A program made the translations under genes and the position numbers. Shown piece by piece: positions 1-9,234 of a stretch of DNA of 64,000 nt. The notes under the pieces were generated by a model. It made no database searches, was not told the origin of the DNA, and was given only the letters and a program-made list of their open reading frames with translations. Source of the stretch: Chloroflexota bacterium. GTDB lineage: Bacteria > Chloroflexota > Anaerolineae > Anaerolineales > E44-bin32. The stretch spans positions 20,820 through 84,819 of the forward strand of contig JADFRQ010000004.1 in assembly GCA_022561215.1 (NCBI GenBank), in the 5' to 3' direction. Within the stretch, counting starts at the first letter, position 1, and every line of letters begins with the position of its first letter.

Positions 1-53
1 TGTGCGTTATCGTCGAGATCGGACAGCGTGAAATCCGGCACCAACTCGTCCAA
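1..53 (-). CDS. N-terminal fragment of a thioredoxin-fold redoxin (AhpC/TSA/TlpA-like); runs off the window start
   Basis: Minus-strand reading from TTG at 53-51 gives MDELVPDFTLSDLDDNA. The PDFxLxDLDxN opening is typical of redoxin/peroxiredoxin family proteins. Only 17 codons are visible. Confidence 0.3.
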   Translation of the reverse strand, partial: MDELVPDFTLSDLDDNA

Positions 54-58
54 CTTAA

Positions 59-1483
59 CTATTGAATCCATTGGGGTGAATACCCTCCTGTTGATAACAA
101 TGATAAGGAGTCTAACTCAAAATCGTAGATCCAGATTTGCGGTTCCGCTCCCAAGTCTGTCTGATCCGAGCGCACAAACACAATCGCGGATCCGCCCCTA
201 TTCCATTCCAGGCTTTGATGGCCAAATTTTGGATCGGTGGTGATTTGCCGCGCTTGGCTGCCATCAGAACGCATCACCCATAGTTGACGCCCAGGGGTCC
301 ACTGATCCCTCAACAGGAATTTTCTCGTAAATGCAATCCATCTTCCATCCGGCGAATATTTTGGTGAGGAATCTTCGAAGAGATCATTCACATCGCCACT
401 CAGATCTTCGACGAAGCTTGAGTCGAGAGTTTGCCGGTATATATGGCTGAAGAACAAGGGGAATTCGTCGCCAGTGGCTTCATTCTTGGCATATTTCTCG
501 TCCAAAATGATCATTTCCGGATAAACAAAAAACTTGCCATCGAACGACCAAGAGCCCATCACACCCAACTCGCTGGGGAAGGAACCATAAATGATCGGCT
601 CAGTATCGGTTAATGGCTCAACAACAAGAATTTGTCGTTGCACAGCATCGTAAAAAGTTAACAAACCAAGTGGGGACCAAATCGGAGAAGAGCTGATCGG
701 ATCGTCTGGAATGATGGGGAATGCCTGCGAATTATCTTCAACGAATATTCTTCGAACGTACGCGGGTCCCAAAACCATCTTCGATCCCGGTCCTTCAGAG
801 AGAACCTGCTGTTCGAAGGCCACTTCCTCGGAATTGGGAGAAAGCCTCGGCTCCTGACAGCGCCAGCCGCTCGGACAGGCAAACAGCAAATCTTCCTCGC
901 CCGTTAGGATGTTTAATAGCCAAAGGTCCGTGCCTCTATCCGCGCGCAATCGCGTATAGATCAGTTTTGCCTGATCTTCAATTACGCTGAAATCGAGCAC
1001 CCCATAATCCGATTCAGTCAGCCGTGTAGTTTGTCCCCCGTCGATCGTGCGCGCATAGATATCGGCGCGGGTATCCGCCGGCCATAAATAGATGATTCGG
1101 GGATATCCGATAGAGAAGGTCCACTGCCTCGATCGCAGGATGGGCAGGAAAATGGCGGAACGCGCGCCAGCTTTGAGAAACAAGTTTACATCCTGTCCTT
1201 CCGGCCATGGTTCGTCTGGGGAAAAGGTTATTGAATTTCCTTGCCAAGTGAACGTGCCCGTTTGGGCAGGTTCGATGGTCAACCTTGATTCAACCGCAAT
1301 TTTATCCATCGGTCTGCTGAAGGTCAGCGTTAACTCGGCGGAAATTGGAATGAACTCAGCATCTGGGGAAGGCTGAACGCTGGTTACGCGTGGTGCAGCA
1401 AAAATCACTAAAAGGAGAAGAAGAAGAAATAAAAGCAAACTTCCGATGCGCGGCGAACGTTGTTTACGAGTGCTCGAAAACAT
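59..1483 (-). CDS. Secreted Ig-like domain plus PD40/TolB-like beta-propeller protein
   Basis: ORF 59..1546. The likely start is the internal Met (MFSSTRKQRSPRIG) just before the hydrophobic LLLFLLLLLLVIFAA signal/anchor. An SbsA/Big-like segment follows (VTSVQPSPDAE...LTFSRPMD), then PD40-type repeats (SPDGRWIAFTR, SPNSEEVAFE). Confidence 0.7.
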   Translation of the reverse strand: MFSSTRKQRSPRIGSLLLFLLLLLLVIFAAPRVTSVQPSPDAEFIPISAELTLTFSRPMDKIAVESRLTIEPAQTGTFTWQGNSITFSPDEPWPEGQDVNLFLKAGARSAIFLPILRSRQWTFSIGYPRIIYLWPADTRADIYARTIDGGQTTRLTESDYGVLDFSVIEDQAKLIYTRLRADRGTDLWLLNILTGEEDLLFACPSGWRCQEPRLSPNSEEVAFEQQVLSEGPGSKMVLGPAYVRRIFVEDNSQAFPIIPDDPISSSPIWSPLGLLTFYDAVQRQILVVEPLTDTEPIIYGSFPSELGVMGSWSFDGKFFVYPEMIILDEKYAKNEATGDEFPLFFSHIYRQTLDSSFVEDLSGDVNDLFEDSSPKYSPDGRWIAFTRKFLLRDQWTPGRQLWVMRSDGSQARQITTDPKFGHQSLEWNRGGSAIVFVRSDQTDLGAEPQIWIYDFELDSLSLLSTGGYSPQWIQ

Positions 1484-1640
1484 GTTCTCGCCATTATACC
1501 TGGGGGAAATTATGATTTGTATTCCGTGCGAATGTTTGCTGCCCACCTTGTTTCGTTATTGCCCGAGGGAAGCGACCAATCTGCACGATTCAGGAACACA
1601 TAAACTTCAAGGCTGCTGATGGGATAATTCGATGATTCGA

Positions 1641-2699
1641 CTAACTTTCAATCATTCGCCGTTTGAATTCCTCGAGCACAGGAATTGGAGTCGGGTTCTC
1701 TTTGTAAGATAGGGCGAGATAGTAGGCGACATAATCACCAAAGTGCAGCGCAGTCCACTGCTGCGCTAATCGCGTTTCCCCATTGACATCAATAAAGTCG
1801 GTGTTGAATCCTTCGAGCATCATCAGCTGCTTTGTTAAATCCGTTCGCTGCAAATTCCGCGGATGAAATCCGGTCGTTCGCAGAAAGAGCACCATCGTGC
1901 TTCCAAAGAGCGCTTCGGGATTATTGACGCCGGCAATCATATTGTGATCGGCCTCAGGCAATTCGTTGTATTGGGCGATCGCCTTGGCGAGCTCATTAAT
2001 TTGGGTGGTCCAGCGTCGGGCAACAGGTACCAAATGCTCCGCGGCAAGAATGATAGGCAAACGACCCATCAACTGCCCCGCAATTCGTTTGGCGATATTT
2101 TGCACTACAGGCACTGGAGCTTGGATTTCCTTCTGCTGATTTCTCATTTGAAGAATTGCATCCGCAATCTCTTCTTTCGGATCGGCGATCAACCCTAGGC
2201 GACTGACAGCGGCGAGCAGCAATCCAAAGGAAAAGCCCACTGCCGCCCTGGGCTGACCAGTGTGTTCGAAGATCCAAAGTGGGATATCGGCCTGGCCCGC
2301 GCGCTCGGCGAGTTTTCCCCCGGTCGTCAGCGTTATTAAACTTGCCCCCACTTTTTTCGCTTCTTCGAACGCACTTAATGCTTCTTCGGTATTCCCTGAA
2401 TGGGATGAGATAATAACCAGGCTTTCGGGACCCCGCACAAATGCCGGGAGGCTATAATTTCGCCAGACGACGATGGGCACGGAGGCCGAAGTTGCGGCAT
2501 AGGCCCGCAGCAAATCTCCACCAATTGCTGAACCCCCCATTCCTGCGAGAACAATATGTCGATAGGCCTTTCCAGCGGGCAGAGGGCTTTTCTGTCCCAA
2601 TTCCCACGCCGTTTGCAATTGATCGGGAAGCGCGTCGATCTCCGCCAACATGTCCTCGGGATCCAGCTCATGAAAAGATTCAACATTGTCGAGAATCAT
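1641..2699 (-). CDS. Bifunctional phosphoglucose/phosphomannose isomerase (SIS domain)
   Basis: From the internal Met (MILDNVESFHELDPEDMLAEIDALPDQL) the protein has the typical PGI/PMI N-terminus and SIS motifs (VLAGMGGSAIGGDLL, ISSHSGNTEE). AGGAGG lies upstream. The ATG overlaps the rsmI stop as ATGA. Confidence 0.8.
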   Translation of the reverse strand: MILDNVESFHELDPEDMLAEIDALPDQLQTAWELGQKSPLPAGKAYRHIVLAGMGGSAIGGDLLRAYAATSASVPIVVWRNYSLPAFVRGPESLVIISSHSGNTEEALSAFEEAKKVGASLITLTTGGKLAERAGQADIPLWIFEHTGQPRAAVGFSFGLLLAAVSRLGLIADPKEEIADAILQMRNQQKEIQAPVPVVQNIAKRIAGQLMGRLPIILAAEHLVPVARRWTTQINELAKAIAQYNELPEADHNMIAGVNNPEALFGSTMVLFLRTTGFHPRNLQRTDLTKQLMMLEGFNTDFIDVNGETRLAQQWTALHFGDYVAYYLALSYKENPTPIPVLEEFKRRMIES

Positions 2700-3517
2700 T
2701 TTGCCTCCTGTGTTATCTTGTAAACTTCTCGTCGCAACCAGCCCGATTCGGCAGCAACTTCGCTGGCCACTTTGGATGGCCTTAATCCACTGCGCAGCCG
2801 GTTGCTTACTTCTATACGCACCTCTTCTGCACTCCAACTGAGTGGATCAAGTTGACCACCGATCACCAGCGTCAGTTCGCCCCTGGCTGCATCCTTCTTA
2901 AAGTGCGTTCGCATTTCAGCAATGCTTCCACGCAATATTTCCTCATGCATTTTGGTCATTTCTCGACCAATGGCGATCGGTCGTTCTGCGCCAAAAACGT
3001 CCTCCAAAGCCGCCAGGCTTTCTTGCAAGCGATGTGGAACCTCGAAAAAAATGAATGTTCTTGGTTCGTCTATCAGTTCCTCGAGCATTTTTTTGCGCGC
3101 ATTCTCCTTGCGGGGGATGTATCCCAAAAAGAGGAAGGTATTGGTTGGCAGACCAGAGGCAACTAACGCAGAAAGCAGCGCCGATGCACCGGGAATAGGG
3201 CTGACGCGGTGACCCGCGGCAATCGCTTCCTGCACCAGTTCATATCCTGGATCGGATAGGCTGGGGGTTCCGGCATCGGAGACAAGCGCAACCTCGTTCT
3301 CTTCGAGTGCCTCGAGAATTTTCGTTCCACGCGCCAGTTTATTGTGTTCAAAATAACTAATCAGCGGGGTTTTTATCTGATAGTGAGCCAGCAGCTTGCC
3401 AGTGCGGCGCGTATCCTCGGCGGCAATGAGCGTTACTTCCCCAAGGATGCGCAAGGCGCGCAACGATATATCTTCCAGATTACCGATGGGAGTCGCAACT
3501 AAATAAAGGGTTCCCAC
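2696..3517 (-). CDS. rsmI: 16S rRNA (cytidine1402-2'-O)-methyltransferase RsmI
   Basis: GTLYLVATPIGNLEDISLRALRIL...AAEDTRRTGKLL is the hallmark RsmI N-terminus. I place the start at GTG 3517 (MGTLYLV). The ORF track extends to 3607, but that adds a Cys-rich, non-conserved-looking 30 aa, so the start is uncertain. Confidence 0.85.
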   Translation of the reverse strand: MGTLYLVATPIGNLEDISLRALRILGEVTLIAAEDTRRTGKLLAHYQIKTPLISYFEHNKLARGTKILEALEENEVALVSDAGTPSLSDPGYELVQEAIAAGHRVSPIPGASALLSALVASGLPTNTFLFLGYIPRKENARKKMLEELIDEPRTFIFFEVPHRLQESLAALEDVFGAERPIAIGREMTKMHEEILRGSIAEMRTHFKKDAARGELTLVIGGQLDPLSWSAEEVRIEVSNRLRSGLRPSKVASEVAAESGWLRREVYKITQEAK

Positions 3518-3640
3518 GCAGCTATTGTAGCAGAGACAAACACAAGATTTGGACCGCAGAATCGCAAATTGACAAGCGTTCACTGTACGTGGTAAACTGC
3601 CCATCAATATGTAGGATGGGTATTAACTACCCTACCATTC

Positions 3641-3760
3641 ATTCATCAAGAGAGGTGGAGGGACCGGCCCTTTGAAGCCTCGGCAACCTCCAAAGGCGAT
3701 GCCTGAGGAAGGTGCCAACTCCGGCAGAAGTAGCGGAACTTACTTCTGGGAGATGAGGGT
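3641..3760 (+). promoter_or_regulatory. SAM-I (S-box) riboswitch aptamer controlling metE
   Basis: TTCATCAAGAGAGGTGGAGGGACCGGCCCTTTGAAGCCTCGGCAACC...GGTGCCAACTCCGGCAGAAG...GGGAGATGAGGG matches the S-box core (ATCAAGAG-GGnGGAGGGAC-GGCCC, GCAACC, GGTGCnAAnTCC-GCAG, AGATGAG closing P1). Confidence 0.92.
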
Positions 3761-3777
3761 TGCAGCGACGCTGAACT

Positions 3778-3811
3778 CGGCCCCTTCTTCCTCGAGGGGC
3801 CGTATTTATTT
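3778..3811 (+). terminator. Intrinsic terminator (riboswitch expression platform)
   Basis: CGGCCCCT-tcttcctc-GAGGGGCCG forms an 8-9 bp GC stem and is followed by TATTTATTT. It lies just upstream of the metE RBS. Confidence 0.75.
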
Positions 3812-3823
3812 CGAAGGGTGATT

Positions 3824-6043
3824 ATGAAAAAGACACTTACGCAGACTCTAGGGTACCCGCGCATTGGCATAGACCGGCAGCTTAAAAAGGCGCTCGAGTC
3901 GTACTGGAAGGGAAAGATTGAGGCGCAAAGCCTGCAACAGACTTTCCACGACGTTCAGGAGCAGGGGTGGCGAGAACAGTTGCAGGTTGGGATCGACCTG
4001 ATCGGTGTGGGGGATTCTACCCTCTACGACCATGTGCTGGATTGGACCCTACGCCTGGGTTTGATACCCGAACGATTCAGAGACATTGAAGGATTGGATC
4101 TCTATTTCGCGATGGCGCGCGGCGCGCAGGGTATCCCGCCCCTGAAACTGACCAAATGGTATGACACAAACTACCATTACTTGGTACCAGAAATCGATGA
4201 CGGCGTGCTTCCGGAGGCTGATTTCACCGAGTTTTTGGATCAGGTCGCGCGAGCCAAGGCCATTGTCGGCGATCGCGCCGTTCCGATTGTGCTTGGTCCC
4301 ATCACCTTGCTCAGCCTGGCGAACCTCGAGCAGCCAATGGCGGACGTACTCGAAAAAATCATACCGCTCTATGAGGACCTCCTTCAGGCGCTCGATGCGC
4401 AGGGGGTGACGGAGGTTCAGATCCATGAGCCGCGCCTCGTTCTCGATGAAACCAGCGATCTGAAACCTCTTTACAAAAGGAGTTTCGAGCGATTGGCGAA
4501 AGCCGGCCCACCCATTAACCTCGTGACCTTCTTCGACGACCTGGGCGAGGCCTACCCCTGGGTGGTCGAATTGCCGGTGTCGGCCATCACGCTCGATTTT
4601 ACGCGCGGCGACAATTTCGCTCTCGTTCAGAAGTACGGCCTTCCCCAGGGAAAAACGCTTGGTGTTGGGATCGTTGATGGCCGCAATGTCTGGCGGACCC
4701 GGGCCGAGCAGACTCGCGAGGTGCTCGACGGGCTTGGGGAAATCGAAGACCTGCGGGTAAGCGCCTCCTGCTCATTGCAATTCGTGCCCTACGTCGCCGC
4801 GCGTGAAGATCACATGCCCCAACAACTGCAAGGTGTCCTGGCATTCGCCAATGAGAAGCTTGCCGAAATCGTTGCGCTGGGCACCGGCTCCACCGAGGAC
4901 GGCCTGGAACAGGCCTGGGCTGACTACCGCGAGTTTGCAACTGGAGATTCAGAGACCAGAGCGCGTCTCGAGCAACTGCGATCCGATTCCTTCGCCCGCA
5001 AAACACCTTACGAAGAACGGCGGGCAAAGCAGATCGAGCTGCCACCCTTCCCACTAACGACCATCGGTTCCTTCCCGCAAACTGCGGAGGTACGCCGCTT
5101 GCGAGGTCGATTCAAACGCAAAGAAATCAGCGAGGCTGAGTACCAGGCGGGTGTGGATGCCTGGATCGCATACAGCATCGGAGCACAGGAAGCGCTAGGG
5201 ATGGATGTGTTGGTGCACGGTGAATTCGAACGATCCGACATGGTCGAATACTTCGCGGAGAAGATGAACGGCTTTGCGCTTACGCGGTTCGGCTGGGTCC
5301 AGAGCTACGGCAATCGCTATGTCCGACCACCGATTATCTGGGGAGACGTGCGCCGTACCTCAGCGATGACGGTGCGCGAGTTCAAAAAAGCTCAATCATT
5401 TACCGAGAAGCCGGTAAAGGGAATGCTCACCGGGCCGGTCACCATTTTAAACTGGTCATACTCTCGCAGTGATATCCCGCGGGAGGAAGTGGCATTTCAG
5501 ATAGCGTTGGCGCTGCGAGACGAAATTGTAGATTTGGAAGCCGCCGGTGCCAGCGTGATTCAGGTCGATGAACCAGCTCTACGAGAAGGACTGCCACTAA
5601 AACGGGCGCGCTGGGAAGACTATTTGCGTTGGGCAGTGGACGCATTCCGACTAGCTACCGGCGGTGCGCGGGACGAAACGCAGGTTCACACGCACATGTG
5701 TTACGCTGAATTTGGCGATATTTACCCGGCGATCGATCGCTTGAATGCCGACGTCATCTCGATCGAAAACGCGCGCAGCGGGGACCAGACGCTGCGCGAA
5801 CTGGCCCAGTACGGGTATGGCAGGGAGCTCGGTCCGGGGGTCTACGATGTCCACAGCGCCAACATTCCCGACGTTGAGCACATCAAGACCAGATTGCGCG
5901 CCTATGCCAAACACCTGCGGCCAGAGCAGATCTGGGTCAATCCGGATTGCGGATTGAAGACTCGCAATTGGGATGAGGTGCTTGCTTCACTTGGCAATAT
6001 CGCGGAAGCGGTACGCGCAATCAGAGAGGAAATCGAGGCCTAG
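3824..6043 (+). CDS. metE: Cobalamin-independent methionine synthase (5-methyltetrahydropteroyltriglutamate-homocysteine S-methyltransferase)
   Basis: Full-length MetE-like sequence (TLGYPRIG..., TTIGSFPQT, Zn-ligand region HTHMCY, NPDCGLKTR). GAAGGG RBS sits 5 nt before ATG 3824. The ORF track starts at GTG 3818. Confidence 0.95.
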   Translation: MKKTLTQTLGYPRIGIDRQLKKALESYWKGKIEAQSLQQTFHDVQEQGWREQLQVGIDLIGVGDSTLYDHVLDWTLRLGLIPERFRDIEGLDLYFAMARGAQGIPPLKLTKWYDTNYHYLVPEIDDGVLPEADFTEFLDQVARAKAIVGDRAVPIVLGPITLLSLANLEQPMADVLEKIIPLYEDLLQALDAQGVTEVQIHEPRLVLDETSDLKPLYKRSFERLAKAGPPINLVTFFDDLGEAYPWVVELPVSAITLDFTRGDNFALVQKYGLPQGKTLGVGIVDGRNVWRTRAEQTREVLDGLGEIEDLRVSASCSLQFVPYVAAREDHMPQQLQGVLAFANEKLAEIVALGTGSTEDGLEQAWADYREFATGDSETRARLEQLRSDSFARKTPYEERRAKQIELPPFPLTTIGSFPQTAEVRRLRGRFKRKEISEAEYQAGVDAWIAYSIGAQEALGMDVLVHGEFERSDMVEYFAEKMNGFALTRFGWVQSYGNRYVRPPIIWGDVRRTSAMTVREFKKAQSFTEKPVKGMLTGPVTILNWSYSRSDIPREEVAFQIALALRDEIVDLEAAGASVIQVDEPALREGLPLKRARWEDYLRWAVDAFRLATGGARDETQVHTHMCYAEFGDIYPAIDRLNADVISIENARSGDQTLRELAQYGYGRELGPGVYDVHSANIPDVEHIKTRLRAYAKHLRPEQIWVNPDCGLKTRNWDEVLASLGNIAEAVRAIREEIEA

Positions 6044-6402
6044 CAAGGCTCGAAACATCCTATGAGCGATCAGAACCAATTTTCCAAACGGGGTTCAAGC
6101 GCCAGGCCGGGGCGCAGTTCATCGAGGCCAACGGTTTTGCAGCCAACCACCACAAGTTGGCCGCGCATGGTCTCCATGGACGAGCCGGGGAGATCAATAC
6201 CCCGCGGTCGCAACCGCCTAGAATGCTATCGAGGACACCGGGTTTGAGGCGTTGGCGGCAAGGAGCAGATCACGATAGCAGGTATAGAGGCCGCAGCAGA
6301 ATCGAACAGCTTATGGAAAGTGGGTGAAGGTCTCCACGCCTGCAGCTAGCTGCGCGCAGCGCTCTTACACAATCGCGCTCCGGATGAACGGACGAGGGAT
6401 CA

Positions 6403-8319
6403 ATGAAAGAAAATAATTCTAGGACGACTATTTTCCAGGAATGGATGGAAAGCGAAAAGCCCATCCTTGCTGATGGCGCTATGGGAACAATGCTGCATTC
6501 AAAAGGGATCAGCATCGAATCCTGTTTTGATGAACTCAATCTGACCAACCCCGCCGTGGTATTGGAAATTCATCAGGCGTATGTTAATGCGGGAGTGCAG
6601 ATCATCGAAACCAATTCCTTTGGCGCCAATCGTTACAAACTTTCGGAATATCGGCTGGATGATCAATTACGTGCGATCAACATTGCGGCAGTTCAGCTCG
6701 CCAAGGAAGCAGCAAGTGCCGCGCCGCACAGTGTGTTGGTTGCGGGGAGTGTGGGTCCATTAGGCGTTCGCCTTGCTCCACTTGGCCGTATCAGGGAATC
6801 GGAGGCATTTGCTGCGTTTCAAGAACAAATTGATGCCCTTGTGAGCGCAGATGTCGATCTTATCATTATCGAGACCCAGAATGATCTGCAGGAGTCAATT
6901 CAAGCTGTGCGCGCGGCGCGATCGATCACGGACCGGCCGGTGATCGCAACGATGACGTTCACACGCGACGACCGCACGTTGCTTGGCGACACACCGGAGC
7001 ACGTTGCCACCAAACTATATGAAAGCGGCGCTGATGTAATTGGCGCCAATTGCTCCGAGGGACCGGCTCAATTGCTGCGCATCATCCGAAAAATGAAACA
7101 CACCGTCCCGCAGGCAGTTTTTTCCGTCATGCCCAATGCGGGATGGCCGGAAAGGGTTTTTGGCAGAATAATCTATCCTGCAACGCCAGATTATTTTTCC
7201 GAATACGCCCAGGCATTTCAGCAGGCCGGGGCCAAGATCATCGGTGGATGCTGTGGAACAACGCCAGAGCACAGCGCGGCGATGCGGGCAAGCCTCGATA
7301 ACCCTGAGCAAACATTCGCCATTCTGAGTGCAGTTATTTCATCTGAAAATGACACGCCTTTTGAAAGCACCGATAAGCAACCAACCAAACTCGCCAAAAA
7401 ACTTGATGATGGCCACTTTGTGGTTACGGTTGAAATGCATCCACCACGTGGTTTCTCGACCTATAAAATGATCGCCGGAGCTGAGCTGCTCTTGGATTCT
7501 GGCGCAGATGCAATAAATCTTGCAGATAGCCCAATGGCGCGCATGCGTATGAGCCCTTGGGCAGCGTGTCAATTAATCCAAAATGAGGTCGGGATTGAAA
7601 CCGTTCTTCATTTTCCAACTCGAGGCAGGAATATCCTGCGCGTGCAGGGGGATCTATTGGCGTCGCATGCCATAGGCGTGCGCAATGTATTTGTTGTGAT
7701 GGGCGATCCCACCGCTATTGGGGATTATCCGGAAGCAATGGACAACTACGATCTTGTCCCTTCGGGGCTGATTAAGCTTATCAGCCAGGGTTTTAATGCG
7801 GGCGTTGATCACACGGGAGCACAAATTGGAGGGGAGACATCGTTTTTTGTCGGATGTGCTTTAAATCTTGGGGCCAGGAATCTGAGAAATGAAATACGAG
7901 TGCTGCACAATAAAATCGAAGCCGGCGCGAATTTCGCACTCACGCAACCTGTTTTCGAACCCACAATCGTCGAGCAATTTTTGCAATCCTATGCGGCAAC
8001 ATACGGAACCCTCGAACTTCCGCTGTTATTAGGTATGCTGCCGATCCATAATGCAAAACACGCTACATTTCTCAACAATGAGGTCCCGGGAATCGATATC
8101 CCACAGAAAGCCATTCAAAGAATTTCGGACGCAGGGGAAAAGAGCCGCGAGGAAGGCATACGGATGGCGATCGAGCTTTTTTATTCGGTAAGAAAGCTTG
8201 TTCAAGGAGTCTATCTCATTCCAGCCTTCGGGCGCTACAACGTCGTTGCAGAACTTATCGAGAATATTCGTGCAGATGAAGTTGTACCCGTTCTCAATGA
8301 GGGTGCCTCCGTCGAATAA
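6403..8319 (+). CDS. Bifunctional homocysteine S-methyltransferase / 5,10-methylenetetrahydrofolate reductase (YitJ-like)
   Basis: The N-terminal half has Hcy-binding domain motifs (ILADGAMGTML, ETNSFGAN, GGCCGTTPEH). The C-terminal half is MTHFR-like (VTVEMHPPRG..., FALTQPVF). Confidence 0.9.
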   Translation: MKENNSRTTIFQEWMESEKPILADGAMGTMLHSKGISIESCFDELNLTNPAVVLEIHQAYVNAGVQIIETNSFGANRYKLSEYRLDDQLRAINIAAVQLAKEAASAAPHSVLVAGSVGPLGVRLAPLGRIRESEAFAAFQEQIDALVSADVDLIIIETQNDLQESIQAVRAARSITDRPVIATMTFTRDDRTLLGDTPEHVATKLYESGADVIGANCSEGPAQLLRIIRKMKHTVPQAVFSVMPNAGWPERVFGRIIYPATPDYFSEYAQAFQQAGAKIIGGCCGTTPEHSAAMRASLDNPEQTFAILSAVISSENDTPFESTDKQPTKLAKKLDDGHFVVTVEMHPPRGFSTYKMIAGAELLLDSGADAINLADSPMARMRMSPWAACQLIQNEVGIETVLHFPTRGRNILRVQGDLLASHAIGVRNVFVVMGDPTAIGDYPEAMDNYDLVPSGLIKLISQGFNAGVDHTGAQIGGETSFFVGCALNLGARNLRNEIRVLHNKIEAGANFALTQPVFEPTIVEQFLQSYAATYGTLELPLLLGMLPIHNAKHATFLNNEVPGIDIPQKAIQRISDAGEKSREEGIRMAIELFYSVRKLVQGVYLIPAFGRYNVVAELIENIRADEVVPVLNEGASVE

Positions 8320-8695
8320 GGCATTGAATTCTCGAACAATTATTCATCCATGCGCGATAGCCCAGGGTGGGCATAATGCTGTGATCTCGTGGCGCTTAAT
8401 TGCGAAAATGCCCGCCTCGGAGCGCGAGACTCATGCCCAAGAGTACAAAAACTGTGCTTGGCGGTGTATATGCGTCCTTCGTTGATGAAAAGCAGGCAAC
8501 CTCTGTATTTCCCGATTGCATTAATTTTGTTATGAAAATTGGGCTGCAACACAGATTTTGTGACGTTCCACGATCCGGAAGGCATCCTCAATACAATTAT
8601 GCAAAGGCTTAATCGAGTTCCCTCGCAGATGCACTATGCGCGCGCAGTGATACAATCCATTAACTATAGATCGCAAAGATAAGTGAGGTGATGGT

Positions 8696-9031
8696 ATGAC
8701 GGAACTCGCCGACCAGGAATTCAACTTGCCCGTTGAAAAAGGAGTTTCTCCTTTAGCCGGGGATGCCCTGCGCACCATACACGATCGCCTGGGCAACAAT
8801 TGGCAGGTCGTTGACGAGACTTATTTGGAGAAAGAGTTTTCCTTTAAAGATTTTCAAAGTGCCTTGGATTTCGTCAACAAAGTTGGCGAACTCGCCGAAC
8901 AGGCGGATCATCATCCCGAGCTCTCCCTCACCTGGGGTCGCGCAACCATTCGCATCTCGACGCACAGCATTGGAGGTCTTTCGGAGGCCGATTTTATCTT
9001 TGCAGCGCGTTCTGAGCGTTTCAACAATTAA
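8696..9031 (+). CDS. 4a-hydroxytetrahydrobiopterin (pterin-4-alpha-carbinolamine) dehydratase family protein
   Basis: 111 aa with the PCD core (FKDFQSALDFVNKVGELAEQADHHPEL...W...V.I...TH). GAGGTG RBS. Confidence 0.85.
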   Translation: MTELADQEFNLPVEKGVSPLAGDALRTIHDRLGNNWQVVDETYLEKEFSFKDFQSALDFVNKVGELAEQADHHPELSLTWGRATIRISTHSIGGLSEADFIFAARSERFNN

Positions 9032-9064
9032 TTCCTACCCCATTTGTCCCGTGATTATCAGCCC

Positions 9065-9092
9065 TTGACACATCTCGATCTGCACCTAGAAT
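9065..9092 (+). promoter_or_regulatory. Sigma-70-type promoter of the metG leader
   Basis: TTGACA (9065-9070), a 16-nt spacer, then TAGAAT (9087-9092). Confidence 0.5.
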
Positions 9093-9098
9093 AGGAAC

Positions 9099-9234
9099 AT
9101 GGCGGATCTACTGAACCTGAATCATTCGGAGAGTCTGATGGCCATGCCTCCAATCCATGTCCTGGACGGTCGAGGCTGATATTGTTTGCAAGACCATGAA
9201 CAATCCATGAGCCAGCCTCACGCTGGCTTTTTTC
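9099..9234 (+). promoter_or_regulatory. Candidate transcription-attenuation leader (or small RNA) upstream of metG
   Basis: A 26-codon ORF starts at the predicted transcription start (ATG 9099, stop 9177-9179; MADLLNLNHSESLMAMPPIHVLDGRG). Alternative pairings are GCCTC 9146-9150 with GAGGC 9172-9176, GAGGCTG 9172-9178 with CAGCCTC 9213-9219, and the terminator GCCAGC/GCTGGC. Confidence 0.4.
9209..9234 (+). terminator. Intrinsic terminator within the metG leader
   Basis: GAGCCAGC-ctcac-GCTGGCTT is followed by TTTTTC. It sits 128 nt upstream of the metG ATG. Confidence 0.65.

Noticed and set aside
3646-3870. 74-codon minus-strand ORF
   Set aside because: It overlaps the SAM-I riboswitch and the metE start on the opposite strand. 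The riboswitch explains the sequence conservation.
6044-6402. A second SAM-I riboswitch upstream of the yitJ-like gene
   Set aside because: There is no GGTGCnAAnTCC element. The only GAGGGA is the RBS at 6393-6398. CTTATGGAAAGTGGGTGAAGG only superficially resembles the S-box 5' half.
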